Below are positions 1 to 10,337 of a stretch of 64,000 nucleotides of DNA, piece after piece (the stretch's first letter is position 1; every line of letters starts with the position of its first letter). The position numbers were made by a program, and so were the translations under genes. The stretch comes from Oscillospiraceae bacterium (GTDB lineage: Bacteria > Bacillota > Clostridia > Oscillospirales > JAGBHD01), in the NCBI GenBank assembly GCA_018110785.1, contig JAGBHD010000009.1, positions 940 through 64,939 on the forward strand. The letters are read 5' to 3'. The notes beneath the pieces are model-generated. The model made no database searches. It saw nothing but the letters and a program-made list of their open reading frames with translations, and was not told the DNA's origin.

Positions 1-923
1 CTCTTTGCAATGCCTATGCGGGAACTTTAAGAGAAACAGGGGAAACTGCTCTTCCTATGAAGGCGGGTGTTATTGCTGTTTTAGTAAATTTGGCATTTAA
101 TTATCTGCTTATATTCGGAAAATTCGGTTTCCCTGAGCTTGGAGTTGCAGGTGCCGCAATCGCAACGGTTATTTCAAGATATGTTGAGTTTGCCATTATA
201 GTTATAGCAACCCATTCTCATAAGCTTAAATATCGCTTTATCGAGGGTGTATATAAAAGTCTTAAAATACCTAAAGCTCTTTTCCGCGATATAACTGTAA
301 AGGGGTTGCCCTTGATACTTAACGAAACCTTTTGGGCGGCAGGTATCTCAACATTAACAGGCTGTTATTCTATTAGAGGATTGGATGTTGTTGCGGGCTT
401 TAATATAGCCCAAACAATAACAAACCTTTTTAATGTGGGCTTTATATCCTTTGGTACAGTTATAGCAATTATGATAGGAAATCAGCTTGGAGCAGGGAAG
501 CTGAAAGAAGCGAAAGCAGATGCCAAAAGGCTAATAACCTTAACCGTAGGTGTTGCTACATTAATCGGCTCTATAGCAATTGTAACCTCTTCGCTTTTTC
601 CGCTTTTATATAATACAACTGAGTCTGTAAGGAATATAGCGGCAACTATTATTGTTATAACTGCCGCATTTTCGCCCGTAAACGCCTTTGTTCATGCCTG
701 CTATTTTACAATACGTTCAGGTGGAAAAACCTATATAACATTCCTTTTCGACAGTGTATTTGAATGGTGCATATGCGTACCAGTTGCATATGTATTAGCT
801 AATTTTACAAATGTACATATTTTTATTTTATATTTCATAGTTCAAACCATGGTATTTATAAAAGCGGTTATCGGCTGCATATTGGTTTCTAAAGGAATAT
901 GGATAAATAATCTAACGGATTAG
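1..923 (+). CDS. MATE family efflux transporter, C-terminal part (5' end outside window)
   Basis: The frame is open from nt 3 to the TAG at 921-923. The translation (..GTLRETGETALPMKAGVIAVLVNLAFNYLLIFGKFGFPELGVAGAAIAT..) is a polytopic membrane protein typical of the second half of MATE/NorM exporters. Confidence 0.8.
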   Translation, partial: LCNAYAGTLRETGETALPMKAGVIAVLVNLAFNYLLIFGKFGFPELGVAGAAIATVISRYVEFAIIVIATHSHKLKYRFIEGVYKSLKIPKALFRDITVKGLPLILNETFWAAGISTLTGCYSIRGLDVVAGFNIAQTITNLFNVGFISFGTVIAIMIGNQLGAGKLKEAKADAKRLITLTVGVATLIGSIAIVTSSLFPLLYNTTESVRNIAATIIVITAAFSPVNAFVHACYFTIRSGGKTYITFLFDSVFEWCICVPVAYVLANFTNVHIFILYFIVQTMVFIKAVIGCILVSKGIWINNLTD

Positions 924-3193
924 TTTTTTTCAATAACAATAATTCCTATCGCGGCATCATCTGTAAAGGTGATGCCGTTTTTTTGCGTATAGCTTAGTAA
1001 AGCTTCTTTAATTTCTTGCGGCTTATTTAAACGCTTCTGAGATAAAACCGCTTGAAGCCAATCGGTTCCGTTTTCTAAAACCCCATCGGATAAAACCATT
1101 ATAACATCACCCTCGCTTAGAGTAAGCTTAGCCTCGAAAACATCTTCGTCTTCTAAAATACCTATAGGCATAGAAGAAGCTTCTATAAAGGATACCCGTC
1201 CGTTCTGGCGCACAAGAGTAGGGGCGCCGCCCGCCTTAAAGATAGAAACCGCAGAGGTGTATTTATCCATTCTTATAATGTCAACTGCGCAGGAGCTTTC
1301 TGTATCTGTCTGCGAAAGCAGCATCGAACTGACGGTTTTTACAGCGGCTTTAAAGGTAAGTCCGCCGCAGATAAGCTCACGAAGCGAAAGGGCAGTAATC
1401 TCAGCTTCTCTTGCCGCCGTCTTTCCGCTTCCCATACCATCGCACAGAAGCATATAATGAAAGCCGTATTTCGCGGGAAATGAGCATATTTTATCTCCCG
1501 AAACATCATCGCTTTTTCTGTTAAGATACAATTCTTCCGATAAAAATGAATAGTTTTCAATTTCGGAAAACCTGTAAAGATAGCCTTCTTTAGAGGAAAG
1601 AAGCAGAGGAACTGAATATTTGTCGCCTCTTAGATCTGAAAGCGCATTTCTTATTTTTTCTAAAGAGTCTTCCGATGCAGGCGCTTTTAATAAGAATTCA
1701 TAAACGGTTTTTCCGCCGCTTAATATCAGAGCTGATAGAGAAATAGGTTCTAACTTAACTTCAGAAAGGGCATTTTTCAAAAGAATTTCGCCCTCGTTGT
1801 CGCAGTAGCAGATTGTTTCTATCTCGTCTGATAGCTCGTTTAACAGAAAAGATAAGGAGCGGTAGCTCTCGCTAACAGCATTTTTTACAAGCCCTAATTT
1901 TCCTTCATTTTTGCGGCTTTCTTTTTTTAAGGTGAAGGAAGCATTGATTTCATCAACAATTAAGGAGCTTTGATGACAAGCTGATTTAAAATATAAAGGA
2001 ACGGTTATTTCTTCTCCCATTTTCAAAGAGTTTACCATTTTGTTCATAACATCTGCCGTATCATTATATTTAGGTCCCCAGCATATCCCTGACGAGCGGC
2101 ATTTTCGGCAAACTGAGTTTACCGCATCTGAAAACACATCGCTTCCCTGAAGCTCTTCCGATAAAGCCTTCTTTGGATAAAGCGCCTCTAAGGCATCGGC
2201 TAAAACCGAAAGAGAACCCGAGGCGCTTTTCAAACGGGCGGATATTATTTTTGAAGATGTTGTATTTTCGCTCTCTCTGGATAAAGGAACAATTAGATTT
2301 ATTAAAGAGGCAGGGGAGAAAGCAAAGGCAACCGTTCCGATAACCGAGGCTAAAATTGAAGAAAATTCGTCTGTTTTTAGACCTAAAAGCAAAGAAAGCA
2401 GAGCAGAAATTAACATAAAAACAGAGCTAAAAGCATATTTTCCAAGCCGTTTTATCTGAACAACCAAGAGAATTGATAAGGGAACTGCGGAGAAAAAAGG
2501 TAAAGAGGCAGTATTGTTCATTGTAAGCGCCGCCGATAGAACAACCGATAAACTAAGAGGAGAGTTATCGGAAGAATAAGCAAATGCCAAGCTTATAAAA
2601 ACAGCAAAAACGGTTCCCAAGCCTATTTCCAAAACCGAAAAAGAGTTTAAAGATATTGTAAAAGCCGCCGCAGAAACTAATAAAGCTGCCTTCTCTTTTT
2701 TTGTGAAAATATGCTGATTGCCGCCAATGAAGCTTAAATAAATCGGTAAAGAAATCGAAAAAAAGAAACAAAATCCCGCCGCCATAAAGCTTTCGGCAAT
2801 ACCGAGAACTATTTCGGGAAGATAAAAGGAAGAGGTAATAATCGAAAATATGGTTTTAATAACCGAAACCGATGCCGCAAGAGAGCAGTTTATATATGTA
2901 TTTTCTTTTTTAAATATCAGTTTTATTAAGGCCTTTAAGAGCATAATATAAAGAGCCGTAGCGACATATGATAATAAAAATTCTGTATCGGAAAATAATA
3001 AAGAGCCTATAGCTCCTCCTAAAATCGCGAAAAGCGAGGGAATAGTGGGGCTAGATGATACGAGGGCTGGGAGAAATGGAAAAAGATTATTGAAAATACT
3101 TCCTCCCGAAAATATAAATCCCGCTATACAGGAAAAAATCGCAAAAAACAGTTGATTTCGTCTTTCAATTTTTTTTATTACAACATCCTTCAT
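920..3193 (-). CDS. spoIIE: Stage II sporulation protein E (membrane-bound PP2C phosphatase)
   Basis: 757 aa. The N-terminal third to half is multi-pass hydrophobic. The C-terminal PP2C-like domain carries ..MLLCDGMGSGKTAAREAEI.., ..VIMVLSDGV.. and ..TDDAAIG... SD AAGGAGA lies 7 nt before the ATG. Confidence 0.9.
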   Translation of the reverse strand: MKDVVIKKIERRNQLFFAIFSCIAGFIFSGGSIFNNLFPFLPALVSSSPTIPSLFAILGGAIGSLLFSDTEFLLSYVATALYIMLLKALIKLIFKKENTYINCSLAASVSVIKTIFSIITSSFYLPEIVLGIAESFMAAGFCFFFSISLPIYLSFIGGNQHIFTKKEKAALLVSAAAFTISLNSFSVLEIGLGTVFAVFISLAFAYSSDNSPLSLSVVLSAALTMNNTASLPFFSAVPLSILLVVQIKRLGKYAFSSVFMLISALLSLLLGLKTDEFSSILASVIGTVAFAFSPASLINLIVPLSRESENTTSSKIISARLKSASGSLSVLADALEALYPKKALSEELQGSDVFSDAVNSVCRKCRSSGICWGPKYNDTADVMNKMVNSLKMGEEITVPLYFKSACHQSSLIVDEINASFTLKKESRKNEGKLGLVKNAVSESYRSLSFLLNELSDEIETICYCDNEGEILLKNALSEVKLEPISLSALILSGGKTVYEFLLKAPASEDSLEKIRNALSDLRGDKYSVPLLLSSKEGYLYRFSEIENYSFLSEELYLNRKSDDVSGDKICSFPAKYGFHYMLLCDGMGSGKTAAREAEITALSLRELICGGLTFKAAVKTVSSMLLSQTDTESSCAVDIIRMDKYTSAVSIFKAGGAPTLVRQNGRVSFIEASSMPIGILEDEDVFEAKLTLSEGDVIMVLSDGVLENGTDWLQAVLSQKRLNKPQEIKEALLSYTQKNGITFTDDAAIGIIVIEKN

Positions 3194-3225
3194 TTTAGTT
3201 TCTCCTTATATGTTTAGTAAGGTAA

Positions 3226-3257
3226 ATCATAGCAGAGGAAAACAGAAAATTTTGTAA
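3226..3257 (-). promoter_or_regulatory. Candidate spoIIE promoter: TTACAA (3257-3252), 20-nt spacer, TATGAT (3231-3226)
   Basis: Hexamers read on the minus strand upstream of spoIIE. The spacer is over-long, and I found no clear 0A box (TGTCGAA). Confidence 0.3.
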
Positions 3258-3289
3258 TAAAAAGAGCCCCGAAAAAATTTTTTCGGGGC
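3258..3289 (-). terminator. Rho-independent terminator after pyk (symmetric hairpin)
   Basis: GCCCCGAAAAAA/TTTTTTCGGGGC perfect palindrome at 3266-3289, followed on the minus strand by TCTTTTT. Confidence 0.7.
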
Positions 3290-3296
3290 AGATATT

Positions 3297-4727
3297 TTAA
3301 ATCTTTCGGATATTAAGAGTATCTGTTTCGTTAGTAGGGGTGGTTTTGTTGGAGGAAATAACGATTACTGTATCTCCCTTTTGTACAAGTCCTGTTTCTA
3401 AAGCCTTATCCATAGCCTGTCTTGTAATTTCATCGGAATCGCTTTTTTCCTCGCCTAAAACGGCGGTAACACCCCAATTTAAGGCAAGCTTTTTCGCAAC
3501 GCAATCTCTTGTTACAACCGCAATTATAGGACAAGATGGTCTGTAATGAGCAATAGCCTTTGCAACTCTGCCTGTCTGAGATTCGGCTATAATCGCCTTA
3601 GCGCCAACCGATTCGGCGCATTTTTTAGCGGCAATACAAATCGTATCGCGTATGCTTCCGTCGCTTACAAAGTCATCAAAGCTTACCTTAGCAGATTCAA
3701 GGTCTTTAATGTTGTTTTCTGCCTCTTCGCAGATTGCTGAAAGAGCCGCCGTACTCTCAACGGGATACTTTCCTGCCGCCGATTCGCCGGATAACATAAC
3801 GGCGCTTGTTCCGTCGAAAACAGCGTTAGCAACGTCGCTTATCTCGGCTCTTGTAGGTCTTGGGCTTTGTGTCATGCTCTCAAGCATTTGAGTTGCCGTT
3901 ACAACGATTTTACCTGCGCGAACACATTTTTCAATCATGGTTTTCTGTAAAGCAGGAAGACGAATAAAAGGAATTTCAACCCCAAGGTCGCCTCGCGCTA
4001 CCATAATTCCGTCAGCCGCTTCGATAATAGAATCAATATTATCAACACCCTGCTGATTTTCTATTTTTGCAATAATAGATACAGATTCATAGCCTAAAGA
4101 ATCGACATAATCTCTTAGCATAAGAATATCTGATTGGGAGCGAACAAAGGAAGCGGCAATAAACTGAACTCCTAAAGAAAGCCCGAATGCGATATCTTCG
4201 CGGTCAGAAGAGCTCATATAAGGCATATCTATATGGAAAGAGGGCATATTAATACTCTTGCTATCAGAAAGAATACCGCCTTTTATAACTCGGCACTCGA
4301 TATACTCTTCTGTTGCCGATATAACCTCCATAGAAATTTTTCCGTCATCAAGAAGTATCTTAAGACCTTTACCGCGGTTTTCTTCAGCATAAACGCAGTC
4401 GATAAGCTTTTTATATATAACGCCAACACCCTCGGCGTTGCCAAGCTCCAGGTTTTTATAAAAACGGAAAGAATCTCCATCTGAAAGGGAAACGGAGCCT
4501 TTTTCAAATTTGCCGATACGAACCTCAGGTCCCTTAGTATCGATAAGCAAAGATATCTTATCTTGGCCCGCTTTTTTAACTGCAGATACCATATTTTCTA
4601 AAATATCATGCGAAGCATGGCTCATATTAAATCTAGCAACATTCATTCCTGCTTCTATCATTTTCTTTATCGTATTAACATCAGATGAAGCGGGACCGAT
4701 AGTACAAATTATTTTAGTTTTTCTCAT
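3297..4727 (-). CDS. pyk: Pyruvate kinase
   Basis: 476 aa starting MRKTKIICTIGPAS..NVARFNMSHASHD; full-length PK barrel plus C-terminal domain. Confidence 0.95.
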   Translation of the reverse strand: MRKTKIICTIGPASSDVNTIKKMIEAGMNVARFNMSHASHDILENMVSAVKKAGQDKISLLIDTKGPEVRIGKFEKGSVSLSDGDSFRFYKNLELGNAEGVGVIYKKLIDCVYAEENRGKGLKILLDDGKISMEVISATEEYIECRVIKGGILSDSKSINMPSFHIDMPYMSSSDREDIAFGLSLGVQFIAASFVRSQSDILMLRDYVDSLGYESVSIIAKIENQQGVDNIDSIIEAADGIMVARGDLGVEIPFIRLPALQKTMIEKCVRAGKIVVTATQMLESMTQSPRPTRAEISDVANAVFDGTSAVMLSGESAAGKYPVESTAALSAICEEAENNIKDLESAKVSFDDFVSDGSIRDTICIAAKKCAESVGAKAIIAESQTGRVAKAIAHYRPSCPIIAVVTRDCVAKKLALNWGVTAVLGEEKSDSDEITRQAMDKALETGLVQKGDTVIVISSNKTTPTNETDTLNIRKI

Positions 4728-4744
4728 AAAAAATCACCTATAAT

Positions 4745-4773
4745 ATTCTAACACAGCGAAAATTCTATTGCAA
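4745..4773 (-). promoter_or_regulatory. sigmaA-type promoter for pyk: TTGCAA, 17 nt, (TGt)TAGAAT
   Basis: Minus strand reads TTGCAA tagaattttcgctgtgt TAGAAT. The -35 is at 4773-4768 and the -10 at 4750-4745, with an extended TG. Confidence 0.6.
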
Positions 4774-4796
4774 TAAAATTTTTAATATGTTAAAAT
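4768..4796 (+). promoter_or_regulatory. sigmaA-type promoter for pepF: TTGCAA, 17 nt, (TGt)TAAAAT
   Basis: Plus strand reads TTGCAA taaaatttttaatatgt TAAAAT. The -35 at 4768-4773 is the same palindromic hexamer used by the pyk promoter. The -10 is at 4791-4796. Confidence 0.6.
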
Positions 4797-4819
4797 TATT
4801 TGAAGAGGAGATGCCTATT

Positions 4820-6595
4820 ATGCAGATTAAAAACCGAAATCAAGTTGAAGCTTTATATACATGGAACTTAAAGGATATTTATGAAAATGAAAAAGCCTTT
4901 GAGGAAGAATATAAATCGGCAGAAGCTGATATAGAAAAAATCCCTACATTTCGTGATACTATGATGAAAAGCGCGGATGATTTAAAAACGGCGCTTGATT
5001 TCTATTATTCTGTAGCATTAAAGGTTGAAAGGCTTTATATATATGCTATGCTCTATAAATCAGAGGATAACGGCAACCCTAAAGCCCAAAGCTTGGAGGG
5101 AAGAGCTGTAAATATCTATGTTGCTTTGAATTCAAAAAGCGCCTTTATAGAGCCGCTTATTTTATCAGATACAGAAAAGCTGACAGAATTTATAGAAGCT
5201 ACGGAGCTTAAAAGCTATAAAAGAATGCTTTCAGAGCTTCTTCGCCGCTCAAAGCATATCCTTTCCGAAAGAGAAGAGGAAATCTTAGCCAAGCTTTCCG
5301 ATGCCGCATCTACCCCTAAAAATGCCTTTGAAATGCTTGAAAGCGTTGATATGACATTCCCTGATACGTTAGGGGAAAACGGCGAGAATGTTCCGCTTTC
5401 GCATGGTATGTATGGAGTTTTGGTAAAATCTAAAAACCGAGATGTAAGAAAAGCGGTATTTGAAAACTATTTCGGTGAGTTTAATAAATATATAAATACC
5501 TTTGCCGCAACCTATTCGGGCAGCGTTAAAACCGATGCCTTTTTCGCCTCGGTTAAAAATTATGAGTCTTCTTTGGAAGCGGGGCTTTTCTCGGCAGGAG
5601 TTCCTACAGAGGTTTATAAAAACCTAATATCCTCTGTCAGAAAATCGCTTCCTATAATGGAGAAATATATTTCTCTCAGAAAAAAAGCATTAGGCCTTTC
5701 GGAGCTTGAAATGTTCGACCTTTATCCTCCGATAGTTAAAACAAAGGAGCAAAAGCTTTCCTATAGCGAGGCTAAAACCCTTGTTTTAGAAGCCTTAAAG
5801 CCTTTAGGAGAAAGATACTCGGAACTTTTAAATCGTGCATTTTCAGAGCGTTGGATAGATGTTTATGAAAATAAAGGCAAAACAACGGGGGCTTTCTCCT
5901 GCGGAATGTATGGAGTTCACCCATTTGTTCTTTTAAATTATACCAATACCTTAGATGATGCTTTTACCGTAGCCCACGAATTGGGACACGCGATGCATTC
6001 CTATCTCTCAGACGAGGCGCAAGAGTATCATAACAGCGATTATACCATTATGGCGGCAGAGGTTGCATCAACCGTTAATGAGGTGCTTTTAACCCTATAT
6101 CTTTTAAAAACCGAAACCGATAAAGCTAAAAGAGCTTGGGTTTTAAACCACTTTTTGGAATCCTTCAGAGCAACCGTTTTCCGCCAGACCTTGTTTGCCG
6201 AATTCGAGCTTAGAGTTCATGAACAACAAGAATCGGGAGAGCCTATAACGGCGGAAAGCTTAAATAAGCTTTATAAAGAGATAAACGAGGAATATTATAA
6301 AGGGGTTAAAGTTTCCGACCTTTACAGCATTGAATGGGCGAGAATACCTCATTTTTATAATGCTTTTTATGTTTATCAGTATGCAACGGGCTTTTCTGCG
6401 GCAGTTTCTATTGCCAAAAGAATTGTAGAAACGGGAGATACAAAAGGCTACCTTGAGTTTTTGAAAACAGGCGGCAGCGATTTCCCGATTGAAGAGCTTA
6501 AATTAGCGGGTGTAGATTTATCTAAGCCCGAAACTATCGAAAATGCTATGAAGCTTTTCGATGAAACAATAGAGGAATTAAAAAATTTATTATAA
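4820..6595 (+). CDS. pepF: Oligoendopeptidase F (M3B metallopeptidase)
   Basis: HELGHAMH zinc motif and PepF-like length. The ORF opens at 4787, but that ATG overlaps the predicted -10. SD GAAGAGGAG (4802-4810) fits the ATG at 4820 ([10 protein letters not shown]..). Confidence 0.85.
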   Translation: MQIKNRNQVEALYTWNLKDIYENEKAFEEEYKSAEADIEKIPTFRDTMMKSADDLKTALDFYYSVALKVERLYIYAMLYKSEDNGNPKAQSLEGRAVNIYVALNSKSAFIEPLILSDTEKLTEFIEATELKSYKRMLSELLRRSKHILSEREEEILAKLSDAASTPKNAFEMLESVDMTFPDTLGENGENVPLSHGMYGVLVKSKNRDVRKAVFENYFGEFNKYINTFAATYSGSVKTDAFFASVKNYESSLEAGLFSAGVPTEVYKNLISSVRKSLPIMEKYISLRKKALGLSELEMFDLYPPIVKTKEQKLSYSEAKTLVLEALKPLGERYSELLNRAFSERWIDVYENKGKTTGAFSCGMYGVHPFVLLNYTNTLDDAFTVAHELGHAMHSYLSDEAQEYHNSDYTIMAAEVASTVNEVLLTLYLLKTETDKAKRAWVLNHFLESFRATVFRQTLFAEFELRVHEQQESGEPITAESLNKLYKEINEEYYKGVKVSDLYSIEWARIPHFYNAFYVYQYATGFSAAVSIAKRIVETGDTKGYLEFLKTGGSDFPIEELKLAGVDLSKPETIENAMKLFDETIEELKNLL

Positions 6596-6606
6596 AGGAG
6601 AAAATT

Positions 6607-7773
6607 ATGAAATTTACTGCTCAACAGAAAAAAGTAATGGAAGCTTACGAAAAGGTAGTTTCCAAGAAAAACAAAAAAACATGTTTTTATAACGGGATTT
6701 ATGAAAAATATGAAAATCCTGTTTTAACAAGAGAGCATATTCCGCCTTTCTGGAAGTATGATTTCAATACCGATACCACTCCTCATTTTATGGAGCGCCT
6801 CGGTGTTAACGCTGTATTTAATTCGGGTGCTATCTATCTCGATGGCAAATATCTACTTATCGCACGCGTTGAGGGTAACGACAGAAAATCCTTCTTTGCA
6901 GTTGCAGAGAGTGATAACGGTGTTGACGGATTTAAATTTTGGGATTATCCGATCTTGCTTCCTACAGTTGAAGGGGAAACCAATGTTTATGATATGCGCG
7001 TAACTCAGCATGAGGACGGCTGGATATATGGCCTTTTCTGCAGCGAAAGCAAGGATAAAACAAACCCCGATTTATCTGCGGCAGTTGCGGCGGCAGGTAT
7101 CGTTAGAACTCGCGACCTTAAAACTTGGGAGCGTCTTCCTAATTTAATGACAAAATCTCCTCAGCAGAGAAACGTTGTTTTGCATCCTGAGTTTGTAAAC
7201 GGCAAATATGCCTTCTATACCCGTCCGCAGGATGGCTTTATTGATGCTAAATCCGATAGCGGTATCTGCATTGGTTATTGCGATGATATAACAAACCCTG
7301 TTGTTAATGAAGAGAAGCTTCTTTCCAAAAGGGTTTACCACGAAATAACCGAGGTTAAAAACGGCGAGGGCGCAGTTCCTATAAAAACAGATAAGGGCTG
7401 GATACATATTGCTCACGGTGTTAGAAATACCGCGGCAGGACTTCGCTATGTAGTTTATATATACGGAACAGACCTTAATGATGTTGAAAAGGTAACCGCA
7501 GAGCCTAACGGATACTTTATCGCTCCTTTCGGAGAAGAAAGAGTAGGCGACGTTTCCAACGTTGTTTTCACAAACGGAGCTATCGTTAACGAGAAAAACG
7601 AAGTATTTGTTTATTATGCTTCTTCTGATACCCGTCTTCACGTTTTAACAACTACCCTTGATAAATTAATAGATTATACATTCTCAACCCCCGAGGGCAA
7701 GAAAACTACCTATGAATGCGTTGAGCAGAGAACCGAGCTTATTTCTAAAAATTTAGAATTGTTTTCAAAATAA
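6607..7773 (+). CDS. GH130 beta-mannoside phosphorylase (4-O-beta-D-mannosyl-D-glucose phosphorylase-like)
   Basis: 388 aa. By recollection, the sequence (..[52 protein letters not shown]..) resembles GH130 mannosylglucose phosphorylases. Confidence 0.7.
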   Translation: MKFTAQQKKVMEAYEKVVSKKNKKTCFYNGIYEKYENPVLTREHIPPFWKYDFNTDTTPHFMERLGVNAVFNSGAIYLDGKYLLIARVEGNDRKSFFAVAESDNGVDGFKFWDYPILLPTVEGETNVYDMRVTQHEDGWIYGLFCSESKDKTNPDLSAAVAAAGIVRTRDLKTWERLPNLMTKSPQQRNVVLHPEFVNGKYAFYTRPQDGFIDAKSDSGICIGYCDDITNPVVNEEKLLSKRVYHEITEVKNGEGAVPIKTDKGWIHIAHGVRNTAAGLRYVVYIYGTDLNDVEKVTAEPNGYFIAPFGEERVGDVSNVVFTNGAIVNEKNEVFVYYASSDTRLHVLTTTLDKLIDYTFSTPEGKKTTYECVEQRTELISKNLELFSK

Positions 7774-7784
7774 GGAGACAAGAT

Positions 7785-9329
7785 ATGCCGAAGTGGTTAG
7801 ATAACGCGATATTTTATGAAATTTATCCTCAAACCTTTAATGATACCAATGCCGATGGCATAGGCGATATAGAGGGAATTATTGAAAAATTGGATTATAT
7901 CAAGGGTTTAGGCTGCAACGCTATCTGGATAAATCCTTGCTTTGAATCTCCTTTCAAAGATGCAGGCTATGATATTTCCGATTATTATAAGGTAGCTCCT
8001 CGTTACGGAACTAACAGCGACCTTCGAAGACTATTCGAAGAGGCGCATAAAAAGGATATGAGGGTAATTCTCGATTTAGTTCCGGGTCATACTTCTACAG
8101 ACCATAAATGGTTTTTGGAATCAATGAAGCCAGAAAAAAACGAATATACCGATAGATATGTATGGACTGACCGAGTTTGGAACAGACCAAATGAAATGCC
8201 GGGACTTACAAATAACGGATGCCTTATCGGCATCAGCGACCGCGACGGCGCAGTTTTAACAAACTATTATTCCTCTCAGGCGGCACTCAATTTCGGTTTT
8301 TATAATATTGATGATCCCAAATGGCAGCAACCTATGGATGCGCCGGGACCGAGAGCAACCTTTAATGAAATGATGAATATAATGCGTTTCTGGTTTAAAA
8401 TGGGTTGCGATGGTTTCAGAGTTGATATGGCATTCTCCTTGGTTAAAAACGACCCCGATAGAGAGGGAACTATAAAGCTTTGGCAGCAGTGCAGAGAAAT
8501 TTTAGATAAGGAATTTCCCGATAAAGCTTTAGTTGCAGAATGGGGAGAACCCGAAAATTCGCTTCGCGGCGGATTTCATATGGATTTTATGCTTCCCTTT
8601 GGAAGCTCTCATTACAGCGACCTTTTCCGCTGCGAAAATCCTTATTTTACTAAAAAGGGCGGAGATATTTCCGAATTCATAAAAGCATATGAGATCGCTT
8701 ATGAAAAATCGGGCGGCGGACTTATGTGTATCCCGTCAGGTAACCACGATATTGAAAGAATAGCGAAATATCTTGATTCTCAAGAGATGAAAATAGCATA
8801 TGCCTTTATATATTCAATGCCCGGTGCGCCTTATCTCTATGCGGGCGATGAAATAGGAATGAGATATATCGAAGGTCTTCGCTCCAAAGAGGGCGGATAT
8901 GAGAGAACAGGAACAAGAACTCCTATACAATGGAATGATGGAGTTAATGCAGGTTTTTCCGATGCTCCCGAATATATGCTCTATACTCCTATCGACCCCG
9001 ACGAAAATCGACCTACCATTGAGGCGGCTTTAGCGGACGAAACCTCTATTTTAAATGAGGTTAAAAGGCTTATTGCAATAAGAAAAGAGCACATTGCTTT
9101 ACAGTCGAATGCTAAAATAACCTTTAAAACTAAATCGGGTTATCCTTTAGTTTACCTTAGAGAATGCGAAGAGGAAGCGGTTTTAGTTATTATAAATCCA
9201 TCTTCTAAAACAGTAGATTTCGAAACCGAGCTTTCGGGAGAGAAATTTTATGAAAACGGAAGCATAAATTATAAAAACGGAAAATACATAATTGACGGCG
9301 GCTCGGCGGCATTTATTAGAATAAGATAA
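7785..9329 (+). CDS. GH13 alpha-amylase-family glycosidase (alpha-glucosidase-like)
   Basis: N-terminus FYEIYPQTFNDTNADGIGDIEGIIEKLDYIKGLGCNAIWINP, plus catalytic regions GFRVDMAF, AEWGE and GNHDIER. Confidence 0.85.
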   Translation: MPKWLDNAIFYEIYPQTFNDTNADGIGDIEGIIEKLDYIKGLGCNAIWINPCFESPFKDAGYDISDYYKVAPRYGTNSDLRRLFEEAHKKDMRVILDLVPGHTSTDHKWFLESMKPEKNEYTDRYVWTDRVWNRPNEMPGLTNNGCLIGISDRDGAVLTNYYSSQAALNFGFYNIDDPKWQQPMDAPGPRATFNEMMNIMRFWFKMGCDGFRVDMAFSLVKNDPDREGTIKLWQQCREILDKEFPDKALVAEWGEPENSLRGGFHMDFMLPFGSSHYSDLFRCENPYFTKKGGDISEFIKAYEIAYEKSGGGLMCIPSGNHDIERIAKYLDSQEMKIAYAFIYSMPGAPYLYAGDEIGMRYIEGLRSKEGGYERTGTRTPIQWNDGVNAGFSDAPEYMLYTPIDPDENRPTIEAALADETSILNEVKRLIAIRKEHIALQSNAKITFKTKSGYPLVYLRECEEEAVLVIINPSSKTVDFETELSGEKFYENGSINYKNGKYIIDGGSAAFIRIR

Positions 9330-9337
9330 AAATAAAG

Positions 9338-9379
9338 AAAGCTCCTCTTTAAGGAAATATCCTTGAAGAGGAGCTTTTT
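9338..9379. terminator. Bidirectional rho-independent terminator between GH13 gene and ABC permease
   Basis: About 15-18 bp stem (9341-9355 pairs with 9360-9374) with loop AATA. An A-run lies 5' and a T-run 3'. Confidence 0.8.
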
Positions 9380-9392
9380 GTTATAGGAGAAG

Positions 9393-10337
9393 CTATCTTT
9401 CCTCGCGGAAATAGGGAAGACCTAAAGCCGCGGGAGGCTGATGTTCGCGCTTTTTGCGCATACTGATAACAACTAAAACTATAATCGTTACAACATATGG
9501 GAACATTTTTAAAATTTCTTTTTGAGCAAAGCTGATGCCGCTTATATAAGAGCTTGCAATATAGCAGGCGCCGAATATTATCGAGCCGAAAATTGCAAGA
9601 TTAGGTTTCCAAAGAGTAAATATAACAAGCGCTATAGAAAGCCAACCGATAGCATCAACGGTATATTCCCAGTTTCCGTTGAGGTTATCCATAATATAAG
9701 AAAGTCCGCCAAGACCTGCAATTCCGCTTCCTATCATAGTTGCCAAGTATCTGTAAAGAGTAACGTTAACGCCTGCCGCATCTGCCGTTGCAGGGTTTTC
9801 GCCTACAGCTCTTAAATGAAGTCCTATTCTTGTTTTATTCAGAACAAATGAAGTGATAAGAGCTATCGCAATAGCAAGATAAACGAAAACTCCGTAAGAT
9901 AAGAATATCTCTCCGAAACCGCCGAGCTTATCTGCAAAAGGAAATCCTGATGTGAAATATTTACTTGCCTGAGAAAATTTCATATCTAAAATCTGATCGA
10001 TTATATATTTCGAGATGCCGATTCCGAGCGTTGTAAGGGCAAGACCTGTAACATTCTGATTAGCTCTTAATGTAACGGTTAAAAAGCTATATAAAACGCC
10101 CATTAAAGCGCTTCCTATAAAAGACGCAATAATAGGGAGCAAAACCGCTAAAAAGGGGCTTATGACCGATACAGAGGAAAGATAAATGTTTTCTGCCAAG
10201 CAGCCTACAGCCGCGCCAACACACATAATGCCCGGAATACCGAGGTTTAAATGGCCCGATTTTTCGGTTATAGTTTCGCCTGTTGAGCCTAAGAGGAAGG
10301 ACATTCCGATTCGGATAGACTGAGTTATAAATGTCAT
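9393..10337 (-). CDS. ABC transporter permease (BMP/nucleoside-type system)
   Basis: 314 aa polytopic permease, last gene of the BMP-lipoprotein / ATPase / permease / permease set. Confidence 0.85.
   Translation of the reverse strand: MTFITQSIRIGMSFLLGSTGETITEKSGHLNLGIPGIMCVGAAVGCLAENIYLSSVSVISPFLAVLLPIIASFIGSALMGVLYSFLTVTLRANQNVTGLALTTLGIGISKYIIDQILDMKFSQASKYFTSGFPFADKLGGFGEIFLSYGVFVYLAIAIALITSFVLNKTRIGLHLRAVGENPATADAAGVNVTLYRYLATMIGSGIAGLGGLSYIMDNLNGNWEYTVDAIGWLSIALVIFTLWKPNLAIFGSIIFGACYIASSYISGISFAQKEILKMFPYVVTIIVLVVISMRKKREHQPPAALGLPYFREER

Noticed and set aside
7144-7641. 165-aa minus-strand ORF inside the GH130 gene
   Set aside because: It is antisense to a full-length GH130 gene and has no supporting signals.
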